Assembly (NCBI GenBank): GCA_964016885.1
Contig: OZ024744.1
Span: 38,502,001 to 38,566,000, forward strand
Origin: Eledone cirrhosa
Lineage: Eukaryota
Direction of reading: 5' to 3'
Length of the DNA: 64,000 nucleotides
This document shows positions 12,880 through 24,654 of this stretch, piece by piece; the stretch's first letter is position 1, and each line of letters opens with the position of its first letter. Position numbers and translations under genes: made by a program. The notes below the pieces were generated by a model. That model did no database searches and had not been told where the DNA came from. It saw only the letters and a program-made list of their open reading frames with translations.

Positions 12880-13920
12880 TTATTTATTAATGGCCACAAG
12901 AGCCGAACACAGAGAACAATACAAAGGTGTGGTCAGTGGGGGTTTACATGCAATCGAGTAAAAATTTAACAAAACAAATAAGCAAAAAACCTATCAACAA
13001 CAGAATTCCTCAATGGGGGGAGGGAGTAACTACCCAGGGGTGACGTTATGAACCCCACAAATTCCAATCCACCCTCATCTCCAAGAGTACCTTAGGAGGC
13101 GCTCCTCTCTCCCCCCCCCATATTTTCAGCCTACAAATTGGGCCCATTCACAAGGGCTATTCCCGCAACAATCACCCACCTTTTAAAAACTGTTCGGGGA
13201 GGCAGGGGTGGGGGGCAATATTTTTCTCTCCAACCTCATCTTCTTTTCCAAGCGGAACTTGAAAAAGTTGACAATTGTTTGACCGAATAGGAATGTGTCT
13301 GTCTTCAGACTCTTCAATCGCGTCCACCACACAATCTCTTTCGCTACAGCTATCAGACAGAGGAGAACTGCCTGCTCTTCCCGGCCGTGGTGGGGCGATC
13401 TTCACTGTGTACACGGTCGATAACTGGATCCATCCTACACGTGACAATAGTTGTTCAATATAACTCCATAAGTCAGCAACACTCTGCCAATGGACGAGTG
13501 CGTGCAAAATTTTACGGTCTGTCTGTCTAGCGGGCTACGTCGCTGTCAGACGGCATGAACTTGCCCCTCCAGGTGCCGAGCTGCAAGCCCACCGACTTTT
13601 CCAGGTTTAGTTTCGTTCCTGTCAACTTTTCATATTCCTCCATAAGCCGACACAGACTTTCCCCGTCCCTGTTCGAGTGGGATGCCCTGCAACAGCTCTA
13701 ACTTCCACAGTAAAGGCTCGAGAGTCAATCCATACAGAAGGAAGGAGAGAGACAGAGCACCTTTGACGGACCAAGTGGGAGATCTGAAACGGTTCCGAAA
13801 GGTGATCATTAACTTTGACTATCCAGCAGATGCCACTGTGCATTGCAACGATCCAGCCTCAGAAAACGGGACCAAAGCCAGCTGCCTTGAGGACAGCCAC
13901 TATGTATCGATGGTCGAATT
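12880..13920 (-). mobile_element. Diverged, internally deleted Tx1/L1-like LINE fragment
   Basis: DLWSYIEQLLSRVG and KSVGLQLGTWRGK segments homologous to 3214-5852; 3' end CTTGTGGCCATTAATAAA. Confidence 0.75.
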
Positions 13921-14039
13921 CCTTCCAGGTCACACCATGACATCCTGTATGAAGAGGGACTTTTTTATCGACAGCTTCGGGCCCCAGTTTGGTGCGAAAC
14001 CCGCACTAAACGGGGGTGGGTTCCGCTAATGAGTGAACG

Positions 14040-16285
14040 AACTTTCCATTTGACATTTTGTTCGTGATCGCGCTTGACACGTGTATCGTGGCCATCTGGT
14101 GGCGATCTCCCGCCTCAGGCTTGTCCACACTCCCATGGCTGAAACACTAGCGAGTTCAATCGACCGATCGCTTGACTCGGGCGATCAACAGGACTGGACC
14201 AGACTGTTCAGTGTTTCCACTCTCGAACTCGGCATCCCGTTGGTGGGAAAGCCGACGGCGAGAGACGGATCTGGCCACTCCCTAGCTTCGTGGTTCAAGG
14301 GCAATGTCATCTCGTTTTGCGACCCTACACCTGCGAGCCTCTCGGCTCTCTCGTGCTGCCCACCAGTGCCAACACAACAACCCCAGTCCAGAAACTTCTC
14401 CGAGACAGAGTCAACCTCAAACTAATTGAGGGCAACGTTTCGGAGACTGTTTGTGTGCTGGCCTCAAGCGACACTGTACTCCGACCAACACCGGATGTTT
14501 TGTCAGCGCTCCACCTCAAATATCCGGACCCTATTGCTGACATCAGGGACGCTTCAGCCCCGGCCAGCAATGTCTCCCCGGAAGCGTCCAGCGAGGACAT
14601 GGAAGCTACCCTAAGATCTTTTCCTGGTAGCAACAGTGGTGGAGTAGACGGTTTGCGCCCAGTCACCTCCGAAACCTCATCTCATCTCATGCGGCGGAAG
14701 CAGGCTCCCGACTGCTCCAGTCTTAAACAGCCCTCACCCACTGTCTCCTCCGCGCCAACTTGCGCTGCCATGCCCGCGATCTTTTCTTCTCAGCGAACTT
14801 GACCATCCTGAGGATGAATGACGGAGGCGTCCGCTCCATCGCGGTGGCATGCTTCTCGGCTCTTCCATTTTTCGAAAGCCATAAGAGAATGCCTGGAGAC
14901 CAAGCACGCAGATTTGTCCCAATTAGCAGAAAGGCTGCGCCTCATTGACGCTCGCCTCACGCTCTTCCTCTTGAGGAACTGTTTTGTCCTTCCCATATTG
15001 ACATTCACGCTGCGCGGTGCACCTTGCCACCCCTACGCAGATCTTCTCGGGGAATTTGATGCCACCATTCGACGCTGTGCAGAACTCATCAGTAATGTCA
15101 GTTTCGACAGCGCTGGCTGGCAACAGGTGACACTCGCAGTGAGGTTCGGTGGCCTTGACCTCCAATCAGCTTCGGACCTAGCTTTACCTGCCTACCTGTC
15201 CTCTATCTCCTCCTGTCGCATTCTCGTCAGCGAGGCTGTCAGCCAGACGGCCGAACTTGACCTGCCCCTGAGATGGAACAGGCTCTGGCCTACTGGACAG
15301 GCGAAGGCCTCGCTATCCCCCTCTCTATACTACGGTCCAACGTAACTGGGGCGTCATCAATTGCAAGTCCTCAGTCAGAAAGATTATGTCTGGACAAACA
15401 CCACCACACCTGCCTCCGCTCCGCTTCCCAGCCCAACAGCGGCGCGTGGCTCAATTCGGCGCTCTCCTCATCAACCGATACCTTCTTGACGATGAGTGCA
15501 CTCGCATCGAAGTAGCCCAACGCCTTGGCCTCTGCATGTGTAATCCACATAAATGCCGCTGCGGGGCGGTTGTTGACAAGTTTGGCCTTCACTTTCTGTC
15601 TCGCCATCACAGCGCAAGCCGGTTCTCTCGAGACGCCGCACTCAACGACATATTGAGAAGAAGCATGGACGCAGCTGGCTTTCCATCTCAACTGGAGCCA
15701 GCAGGCCTAGAACACAGGGATAGCAAGCACCCCAACGGAATCACCCTCTTCCCATTCGAAGGAGGTAGATCCCTCATATGGGACGCCACCTGCTGCGACA
15801 CGTTCTCCGCCTCCAATTTTGTCGCTTCGGCTACAAACCCCGGCATCGCAGCCCGCCTCGCAGAAGAACGTGAAATAAACAAATACCGGGGCTTGTCCAG
15901 CCACTTCCTCTTCACACCAGTCACCGTCAAGACCTCAGGCGTACTTGGTCCCCGTAGTGCCGAGCGCCTCCGCAAGTTCGGAACGTCGGCGGTCAGTGTG
16001 AGGTTTGGGGGCTGCAGCGGGTGTTATTGGCCATCGGGCGGAGAGATGCTTTTGCCGTGATGTCAGCGGGACGCAGCACTTCTGCCCCCTTTCCCTAGGC
16101 CCAAAGCCCAATCACCCTCCCCCTTCACCCCTCCCTCTCTTCTACGACACCAGAGCTCTTACAATCGCCTCCCCTTCCCGATCTTTTTCTTCTTTCTTTC
16201 TCGCCTCTTTTATTTTTCTGTTTCCCTATTCTTTCTTTCCTTCTGTTTCCCCGTTCTTTTTTATTATTTCTATATTGAAAATAAA
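14040..16285 (+). mobile_element. CRE-clade-like RLE non-LTR retrotransposon, degenerate, with the RT core deleted
   Basis: GGVDGLRP, GGVRSIAV, RFGGL, SGAWL, CRCG...GLHFL, HPNG...LIWDATC...KY, and a pyrimidine-rich 3'UTR; no QGDP/YxDD region. Confidence 0.7.
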
Positions 16286-16489
16286 CAGTTACAGGCTGGA
16301 GGAGAAAAAAAGTAAAACAATAAAAAATTTCCCTAAATGGCTGTCAAATAGAAGGGACGGAAGGAAGATGAGAAAAGAAATGGGTGAGAGAAGGGACAGA
16401 TAAAAGACAAGGGTGAGACAAAGAACGAACGAATCAAACACACACACACATACAAACACACGGAAACAGAGTGGGGGGTGAATAGGGGG

Positions 16490-16661
16490 AATATATGTAC
16501 ATATATTTATACACACACACACACACATGTGAGTGTGTGTGTGTATAAATATATGTACAGATATTCCCCTATTCATATATATATATGTGTGTGTGTGTGT
16601 GTACATATATATATAAACATACATATAAATGTATATATATATATACATATAAATATATAGC

Positions 16662-16733
<72 letters not shown>

Positions 16734-17027
16734 CCTTCCACGTTCAAATTCCGCTCTTTCGACTTTGCTTGTGTCTTGCGTTTTAAATTCATCTTTATCA
16801 GGGTCGATTAATGAAGTACCATACATATATATATATATATATATGTGCGTGTATGTGTATATATATATATATATATATACAAATACACGCACATATATAT
16901 ATATATATATATGGTACTTCATTAATCGACCCTGATAAAGATGAATTTAAATATATATATATATATGTATATATATATACATATATTATATATATATATA
17001 TATGTGCAGGTATATATATATATATAC

Positions 17028-17100
<73 letters not shown>
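16490..17100. repeat. Compound (TA)n/(CA)n microsatellite with an embedded SINE-variant fragment
   Basis: Direct sequence. Confidence 0.9.
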
Positions 17101-17105
<5 letters not shown>

Positions 17106-17113
17106 ATAGAAGG

Positions 17114-17164
17114 AGCTTCTACAGGACTAGTACTGTTTCATTCAGATGAAATCTTCAGGAAGCT
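17114..17164 (-). ncRNA. Type I hammerhead ribozyme motif (mirror arm of palindrome)
   Basis: Exact reverse complement of 17161-17211. Confidence 0.65.
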
Positions 17165-17211
17165 TCCTGAAGATTTCATCTGAATGAAACAGTACTAGTC
17201 CTGTAGAAGCT
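17161..17211 (+). ncRNA. Type I hammerhead ribozyme motif
   Basis: AGCTTC-CTGAAGA-(T TTC ATCT GAA T)-GAAA-CAG TACTAGTC CTG-TA/GAAGCT: 6-bp stem I, stem III closes a GUA site; weak stem II with a U.U base. Confidence 0.65.
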
Positions 17212-17287
17212 CCTTCTATAAAATAAAAAAATTTTACTCTGCCATGTATTGAGTACCTTACTTACTGTGGTTATCCCCGACTCAACC

Positions 17288-17464
17288 CGGTGGATTGGGA
17301 GTATCGGTAGAGAGTCGGGCACCATGCTTTGAAGCATAGAGTAACGTCCCTTTATAATCTGAGTTCAAATCCTGCCGAGGTTAACTTTGCCTTTCATCCT
17401 TACGGGGTCGATAAAGTAATGTACTGAGTACTTGCTGGCCTTGTGCCTAAAAAAGAAACAATTA
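17288..17464 (+). mobile_element. tRNA-derived SINE (family S1)
   Basis: A-box-like TGGGAGTATCGG, B box GAGTTCAAATCC, core GCCTTTCATCCTTACGGGGTCGATAAA (resembles the Meta/MESC SINE domain as I recall it), tail CCTTGTGCCTAAA..GAAACAATT. Confidence 0.85.
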
Positions 17465-17489
17465 TATATATATTTATGAACATTATGAA

Positions 17490-17672
17490 CGGTGGATTGG
17501 CAGTATCGGTAGAGAGTCGGACACCATGCTTTGAAGCATAGAGTTACGTCCCTTTATGATCTGAGTTCAAATGCCGCCGAGGTTAACTTTGCTTTCATCC
17601 TTACGGGGTCGATAAAATAAAGTACCAGTAATGTACTGGGTAATTGCTGGCCTTGTGCCTAAAATAGAATCA
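17490..17672 (+). mobile_element. tRNA-derived SINE S1 with 8-bp TSD
   Basis: Same boxes and core; ATTATGAA on both sides. Confidence 0.88.
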
Positions 17673-17889
17673 ATTATGAATTAGCCACCTTTATAACCGA
17701 TTTTAAAATCTATTATTTATAATGAATGACTGTTATTACAGTTAATTTCTGCATTCGGGGTTCTCACATTTTCAAATACATTCATGTATGTATATATGTA
17801 TATGAGTTTGTTCGTACGCATGTTTATATGTATGTGTGTGTGTGCGTATGTCCATACGCACATTTTATAGATACACATTCACAGGCATA

Positions 17890-17921
<32 letters not shown>

Positions 17922-18157
17922 TCTTTCACCGACACCCACTCCTCACTCACTCTTTTCAGTAGGCACACAGCTCACTCCCGAGAGAACACCCGACACATTA
18001 ACAAGCCGAGTTACCTCAATTTATGCATAAAACACTCCTTCTATGTGACATCGCACACACATTCATGCGCAAAGAGAACAAGAGAAATACACACACACAC
18101 ACACACATACTATACACACATACACATACTATACACATACACACACATATATAAAAT

Positions 18158-18189
<32 letters not shown>

Positions 18190-18876
18190 GTGTGTGTAAG
18201 TGTGTATATATATATATGTGTGTGTGCTGTGTGTGTGTGTGTATGTGTGTATATATATAGAGAGAGGGAGCGGTAGAGAGACGGGGGTAGAGAGAGAGAG
18301 AGAGAGAGAGAGAGGCGGGTGTTGAGAGAGAGACGGGTAGAGAGAGAGACGGGTGTAGAGAGAGTGAGAGAGAGAGGGAGAGAGACGTAGTGAGAGAGAG
18401 AGAGTTTTAAAAAACAAGCAATACCTTAATATTTGTCTCCGCCCATTTTTAAACGTCACTAGCTACTCTCGTCATGTTGTGCTACTATGCTAGGAGATAG
18501 AAGACGATTTACGACTAGTTAAAGCTGGGGGGATACAAACAACAACAAGTAAAAAGTACTTTAATAAGGAGAATGAATACCACATTTGCAAATCAGTAAA
18601 AAAAACAACAACAAAAACAAACAAAACAAAGACAAAAACTTTAATAACCGTATTTCAACAAATTACTATTAAAGTCACATCGACTCCAGAAGAATATCAG
18701 ACAGAATATCTATATAACAGGTATGTTATAGTAACTTCAAAGGAAGAGCGAGTTACCTCTGAAAGAAGATATTAATAGTAATAATAATAATAAAATATCT
18801 TCAGCAAATATACTAATGATGATAACTCCTTGTCTTCATTTGTACAGGAGCACAGTTGTATAATATTACTACTACT

Positions 18877-19000
18877 GGTACTTCAATAATAGACCCTGAT
18901 AAAGATGAACTTAAAACGCATGACACAGGCAAAGTCGAAAGCGCGGAATTTGAACGTGGAACGTAAAGGGTCGTAACTTGAATACGGGAGAGCATTTTTT
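18877..19000 (-). mobile_element. SINE S1 variant with an insertion in the core
   Basis: Homologous to 16733-16820 (+); GTTCAAATTCCG...GACTTTGCC[TGTGTCATGCGTTTTAAG]TTCATC. Confidence 0.65.
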
Positions 19001-19728
19001 CTTGGTGTTCTCCTCACATACATATATATATATATATATATGTACACGTACGCACACACATACACACAAACATGCAGTTTTACCATCTACTGCATGTATA
19101 AGTGATTATAAGAATAATGATGATTGTGATGACGATAATTATGATGATGATGATGATGATGATGATAACAAAAAGCAACAGTAATGATAGCAGTATTAGT
19201 AGTAAGAATAATTATTTAATTATTTCAATGTTAAATCATTTTTTGTCCTTAAAAACTTTCTTAGTTATATCAAAAACAGAAAATAAAAACGAAATATAGT
19301 GAAACGTTTGAAAGGATAAAAATAAAAGAAAGAAAGAAATTATCGAGGGGAATATTTAAAAAAAGAAAATAATAATAGATAAATCTAAAAATATATATAT
19401 AAAGGGGGCACAAACTCTTCGGATATTACCAAAACTGAAAGGATATATACAATGAGGATCACTAAACTTTACTATGGATGATACTACAGCACAGATTGAA
19501 TTTGACTACTTAATCGAAAACCCTGACTACCTGTGCAAATTTGTCCTGGGTAAGTTCAGACACCTACATACACAATTTTCTTTTTTCTTTCGTTGCAACA
19601 CAATGACAGAATCGTTACAGCGTCGACCGAAACTGCCTTGCAATATTTGTAACCGGTTCTTAACGTTTTAAGTTCAAATCCCACCGAGTATAAATTTGTC
19701 TTACTTTCAAACTGTGGTTGATAAAATA

Positions 19729-19924
19729 CAGGGTGTTTTTTGGTATTTTATTTGATATCGATGGTCTGTTTCCAAGGTTGTCACATTAATATATATATAT
19801 ATTGTGAATTAGTGTTATAATATTGACAAACTTTGAGGAATATATCTTATGTTGCTCAACATTACGCCTGTATTTTCTGGAATATTTACATCTCAAATGA
19901 TGTCTATATTTTTGAAACAACCTG
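19729..19924. mobile_element. Tc1/mariner-type MITE inserted into an old SINE S1 (19665-20005)
   Basis: TA|CAGGGTGTTT...AAACAACCTG|TA termini; SINE core to the left and SINE tail to the right. Confidence 0.6.
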
Positions 19925-20169
19925 TATAATAACGGTTAAGTGCTAGTGTCGGTATATTCGATTTTCACCTTCTCTCCAAATTGCTGGCCTTGTGCCTAAA
20001 TAAGAATTCATCATCATTCGTTATATTTAACAACACCTCAGTTTTCCATTCAACAGGCAAGTTTTTACAAGTTTTAAATCAGATTCGTTTCCTAGTTATG
20101 ACTGTTGTTTATTGTTATTCTTCCAGCTGTACATACACACGGTCAAACTGTTGTCAAAGTTGTCTGGAA

Positions 20170-20226
<57 letters not shown>

Positions 20227-20350
20227 CGTGTGTCTGTGTGTCTGTGTGTCTGTGTGTGCGCGCGCGCGCGTGTGTGCGTACGTGTGCTCATATTTCGCTG
20301 GATTGGACTAAAATAATGTAGTTTCTCTCGACACGAAACATATATATATA

Positions 20351-20510
20351 TAACGAAGGAAGTGTGGTAAGTAATCAGGTGGACCATAACGCACCAAAGT
20401 ACTCGATACTGGGTAGTAGAGTGGGTAATAGGGAAATAGTCAGGATCCCGACGGCTGAGCTAGGTGTCGAAACGGCCGGAGCTCAGCCGTCGGGGTCCTG
20501 ACTCTTTTCC

Positions 20511-20512
<2 letters not shown>
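20351..20512 (-). mobile_element. Fold-back hairpin + tail mini-element, family F (half-hammerhead)
   Basis: Arms 20429-20461/20480-20512; ~80-nt tail homologous to the other F copies; (TA)n on both flanks. Confidence 0.75.
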
Positions 20513-20549
<37 letters not shown>

Positions 20550-21049
20550 ACAGTGAGAGAGACAGTGTGTACAGAGCGAGAGCACGTATATAATATATAT
20601 ATACACAGTGAGAAGGAGAGAGAGAGAGAGAACATTTAAATGGTTTTTTTTCGTTCCAGGTATATTTACTGTTATGAATGTGTACTTAGGTATAAATAGA
20701 ATGCACGCATATGAGTGGTCATAGGTCTGCTGTAGGACCTGTTGCTTAACAACAATAACATAAGGATTTGCTAACCACACATACACATATACATGCGTGT
20801 GTCTCGCCGTGTAAACCGAAGAATGATAATCTTGTGAAGCTATATAACAGTGACTCAAGGGCCGGAAACTTCGACCTTAATGCTTATATATATATATAAA
20901 GTCTAAAGTCTGTCTTAAGCCAACAATTTCATTTGGCTAGTGCTTATCTCAGTTTCATGGCGTGAAGCGACTGAGAGTACAAGACTCCCCCCCCCCCCCT
21001 GGACAGGGCGCCAGTCCATCGCAGAGTTAATTGCAGGGTTACAATATTT

Positions 21050-21152
21050 AATATAGAAATGGCTTCTACAGGACTAAAACTATTTCATTCGAAGGAAATC
21101 TAATATGTACTGAGTACCTCACTTACTGTGGTTACCTCCGATTGAACCCCGG
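21050..21152 (+). mobile_element. Deleted relative of the 17100-17290 hammerhead fold-back element
   Basis: GGCTTCTACAGGACTA..TTTCATTC left arm joined directly to the tail TGAGTACCTCACTTACTGTGGTTA. Confidence 0.65.
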
Positions 21153-21619
21153 ATACACACACACACTCACATATATTTTCTCAGCGCTTAAACAATCCGA
21201 GAATTTGGCTAACGTACATTGCTTGTTTATATATATACTCTCTACCTATAACACCGGCACCACATCTACTAAAACTAAATGTGTGCACTCTGAACGGCTG
21301 GCTACAACACCGTTACTACAATTCAGCAAATTCATTGAGTGAGCTAGACGCTGGCCGAAGACTGTTGAATTAATACCAACGATCTTCGTTAATTGTATAT
21401 AGTATATATATATGTATATATATGTATATGCGTGTGTGCGTGTGCATGTGTGCGTGTGTACGTGTGTACGTGTGTGCGTGTGTGTGTGTGTGTGTGTGTG
21501 AAACTTAAATTTTACGGTCCGTAGAGTTTGAAATGAAAGCTGTCTCATGCAGTCAGTCAGGTTTATAGAATAAGACTGATAAATAAAACTTTTATTAAGG
21601 AACAGAAATATGTAATAAT

Positions 21620-21797
21620 TGTTTCTACTTTTGGCACAAGGCCAGCAAATTACTCAGTACATTACTGGTACTTTATTTTATCGACCCCGTAAGGATGAAA
21701 GGCAAAGTAAACCTCGGCGGGATTTGAACCCAGAATGGCAAGGACCGTAACTCTATACGTCAAAGCATGGCGCCCGACCCTCTACCGATACTGACAT
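21620..21797 (-). mobile_element. SINE S1 with 11-bp TSD
   Basis: TATGTAATAAT flanks both ends; boxes and core present. Confidence 0.88.
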
Positions 21798-21994
21798 TAT
21801 GTAATAATGAAAGTATTAAACAATCTTAAATAACAAACAAAAGAATAAAAAGGTTTTGTATTATTGCTCTTATATTTTTTAGACTAGGTGTAAGGTTCCC
21901 AGGTCAGTAGCGAAAGGGGTCAACTGTAGCACAGCGGTAAACCTAACCCGTATCAGAGAAAGAAATGACTATGTTCCTTTCCCCTTTATTTTGC

Positions 21995-22180
21995 CTCCAC
22001 CCGATCACTCAATCTGCTAGAACAAGCAGCCAAATAGCCTTTAAATCACAAACTACTCACTTCAAAGAGTGATCTGATGTATAATGTACATCTGGATTTA
22101 CAAAAAGATGTTGTGGTCATGGCCGAATTTCCTTTAAGTTAGGATCTGCTCGATTCAGGATTACCTAGGGTTAAACAACC
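21995..22180 (+). mobile_element. Dispersed repeat family ending TAAACAAC (other diverged copies ~26480-26665 +, ~27155-27340 -, ~31600-31770 +)
   Basis: Shared GCTAGAA..GCAGCCAAAT...GGTCATGGC...TAAACAAC; class not determined. Confidence 0.5.
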
Positions 22181-22441
22181 TACCTCCTCCCTCTCTCCCC
22201 TTCTCTCTCTCTACATATATATATATGTGTGTGTGTGTGTGCGTGTGTATACAGTGAGAGAGAGAGAGAGAGTCTGCAGTACTGAGACCGGGGAGACGAC
22301 TAATCATGTGAGTACTCAATGCATGGGAACGTGCAGAATGGGTATAGAAAGAGGTAAAATCCTAACCACGGTGCCGATACCGCTTAGCGCTGCAGTCGGG
22401 ATTTTACCCTCCTCTCCCCTTTCTCTCTCTCTGCATGTATT

Positions 22442-22521
<80 letters not shown>

Positions 22522-22771
22522 GAAAATAGAGAAATTAATGTGAGCAAGAAGCCAACAGTAATTCAAACATATAAGTGACTATTACGTCAAGATGGAAAAT
22601 ATTTAACGTAAGAAATGGGAAAATAATTCAATCTCAATTCAAAAAAAGTCAAGACAGAGATTTTATCCACAGATTTTGTGTAATCCAGGAAAAAAAAACC
22701 CAATAGAGTCCTAACTCAGAATAAAATTAAGGGTAAATACTTATCCTTCAATTTGGAAAAATCGACAAATG

Positions 22772-22850
22772 CTCTATATAGTCTTAAAAAGACTATTTCA
22801 CGAAACTTTTCAGTGGGGTTAATCACGGTTGGAGTCGTTCATCAGTAGAG
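22772..22850 (-). ncRNA. Type I hammerhead ribozyme motif
   Basis: Minus strand: CTCTA-CTGATGA-ACGA...TCGT-GAAA-TAGTCTT TTT AAGACTA-TA/TAGAG; stems I, II and III all pair. Confidence 0.75.
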
Positions 22851-22979
22851 ATCAAGACGATAACTAAGAGCCACAGCTAAAATATGCCAAAAGGGAATAT
22901 ATATATATATACTAAAACGATAGGAAACGGTTTTATATTCAGCTGAATTAATACCTGCGATCTTCGTTAATTTTAAATA

Positions 22980-23017
<38 letters not shown>

Positions 23018-23023
<6 letters not shown>

Positions 23024-23134
23024 ACCCATGGAAGTCGGATATGATATAGGGTTTCATATTACTCACTCCAATACCCCAAGTATCGAGTACTCTGGTGGGT
23101 TATGATCCAGCTGGTTTTTACTACACCCTATCTT
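23018..23134 (+). mobile_element. Family F mini-element, mostly tail
   Basis: GTATCGAGTACTCTGGTGGGTTATG tail and a short remnant hairpin; (TA)n flanks. Confidence 0.6.
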
Positions 23135-23159
23135 ATATATATATATATATATTTGTAAA

Positions 23160-23545
23160 TTTCATGAAATACCGGAGCTTATCCGACTGCTTCCTCATTG
23201 CACAGGTCACCGTTGAGATCTGAGGTGTACTCGGATCTCTGACAGCTGACCTCCTTGGTAAAATCGGATCGATTGCAGCCCGTCTGTCTGAGAAACGAGC
23301 TCCCTGGGGTGGAGGTGACTGTTGCAACGTGTGTCGCTGGCCATTATCCGCGGAAATGCTTTTACCATTTTATTTGCTGGGTGCAACCGACACACCGCTC
23401 TGACCTAGGCGTAGGGTCTGTCACCCTTTCCCCCTTTCCCTTCCCCCTTTCCCTTCCCCCTTTCTTTGTTCCTTTGTCCAGTAGTCCTTGCTTCTCCCCT
23501 CCTTTTCCTCTTATTTATACGTATTTATGATAAAAATTTCATTAA
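23160..23545 (+). mobile_element. CRE-like element 3' fragment
   Basis: Homologous to ~15880-16270 (AAATACCGG..GTCACCGT.GAGA..GGTGTACT.GG, pyrimidine-rich tail). Confidence 0.6.
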
Positions 23546-23939
23546 AATATACTTCATTAAGAAACCTCGTTTTTGTCTTTGATTTGCAGGATTCTTGTTG
23601 TAAAATCATGTGTTGAAACAGATATTGTTATACTTTGTAGTATGACACTCCCAATAACAACTTCAGGTTCTCTCTTTAATTGAAACTGGTTTCGTTAGTC
23701 ATTATTGTTAGCTAGTGAATGTGCTTGGTTATGACGTTGGACACACGATCATAACATCGTGGGTTCTATTTTCTGACTGGGTAATGCATTGTGTTTATAA
23801 GCAAACCTTTTTCATTTCATGTTGCTTCAGTTCACCAAGCTATGCAGTCCTAGAAGGTTTATTTGAAAAACGATGGGTTACAAAATCTTTTCATTTTAGC
23901 CCGGCTCAATCATAACTGAGCTGGCCAAAACATCAGGTA

Positions 23940-24280
23940 TTCTTTTCTTATTTGGTCACCGATTTCAGTCATTTAACTGAGACCATTTTGGGGCACCAAG
24001 TCAGTTGATCAACTTCAGTACTTTTCTTCAAATCTGATATATATTTCATCAATATCTTTTTGTCGAACCCTTAAGTTACGCACACATACACACATGTGCG
24101 CGCGCGCGTTTATGCGACGGGCTTCCGCAATTTTCTATCAATCAAATCTCACTTAAAAGGCATTCATCAATGCGAGGGTATAGAAAAAGAGACATATGCC
24201 CGAGGTGCCACGTAACGAGAGGGAACCCGAAACCATATGGTTGCTAAGCGAACTCCTTAATCATAGAGCCAAACCTACGC
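23940..24280 (-). mobile_element. Old tRNA-derived SINE of a second family
   Basis: Degenerate tRNA-like head (TGGCTCTATGATTAAG...GGGTTC) followed by GGCACCTCGGGCA. Confidence 0.45.
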
Positions 24281-24654
24281 CTATATTGATAAAAGTCAAA
24301 GGTATTATTTTTGTGTCAATTTATTTTCGCCTTTTCTAAGTTTTGCAACAGGTGACTGAATCGCGTGCTTTCAAATTAAGATTGTTTTTAAAAATGTGGA
24401 GAGGTGGTGAATAAAATTGATTTTTAAAAAATCTGCTAGAGGGTATAGCAGAGATAGTCGAGACATTAGAGGGCATGTTTATGTTATATGTTCAGTCGAA
24501 GGACAGGGGTAAATTGAGCAGACAAATCAGACTTATCTACGATCAAAGTTAACCAATATTTTTTTAATGAAATTCAGCCAAGAAACGGAAACTGTGCTAT
24601 TTGTGTGTTTGTGTGAACGAGAAACTTTGGGTTAAATAAGCAATCCTGGATTGT

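Noticed and set aside
13979-14036. GC-rich hairpin followed by GCTAAT upstream of the CRE-like element as an HDV-like ribozyme
   Set aside because: I could not find P1/P2/P3 pairings for the nested double pseudoknot; only a simple hairpin is supported
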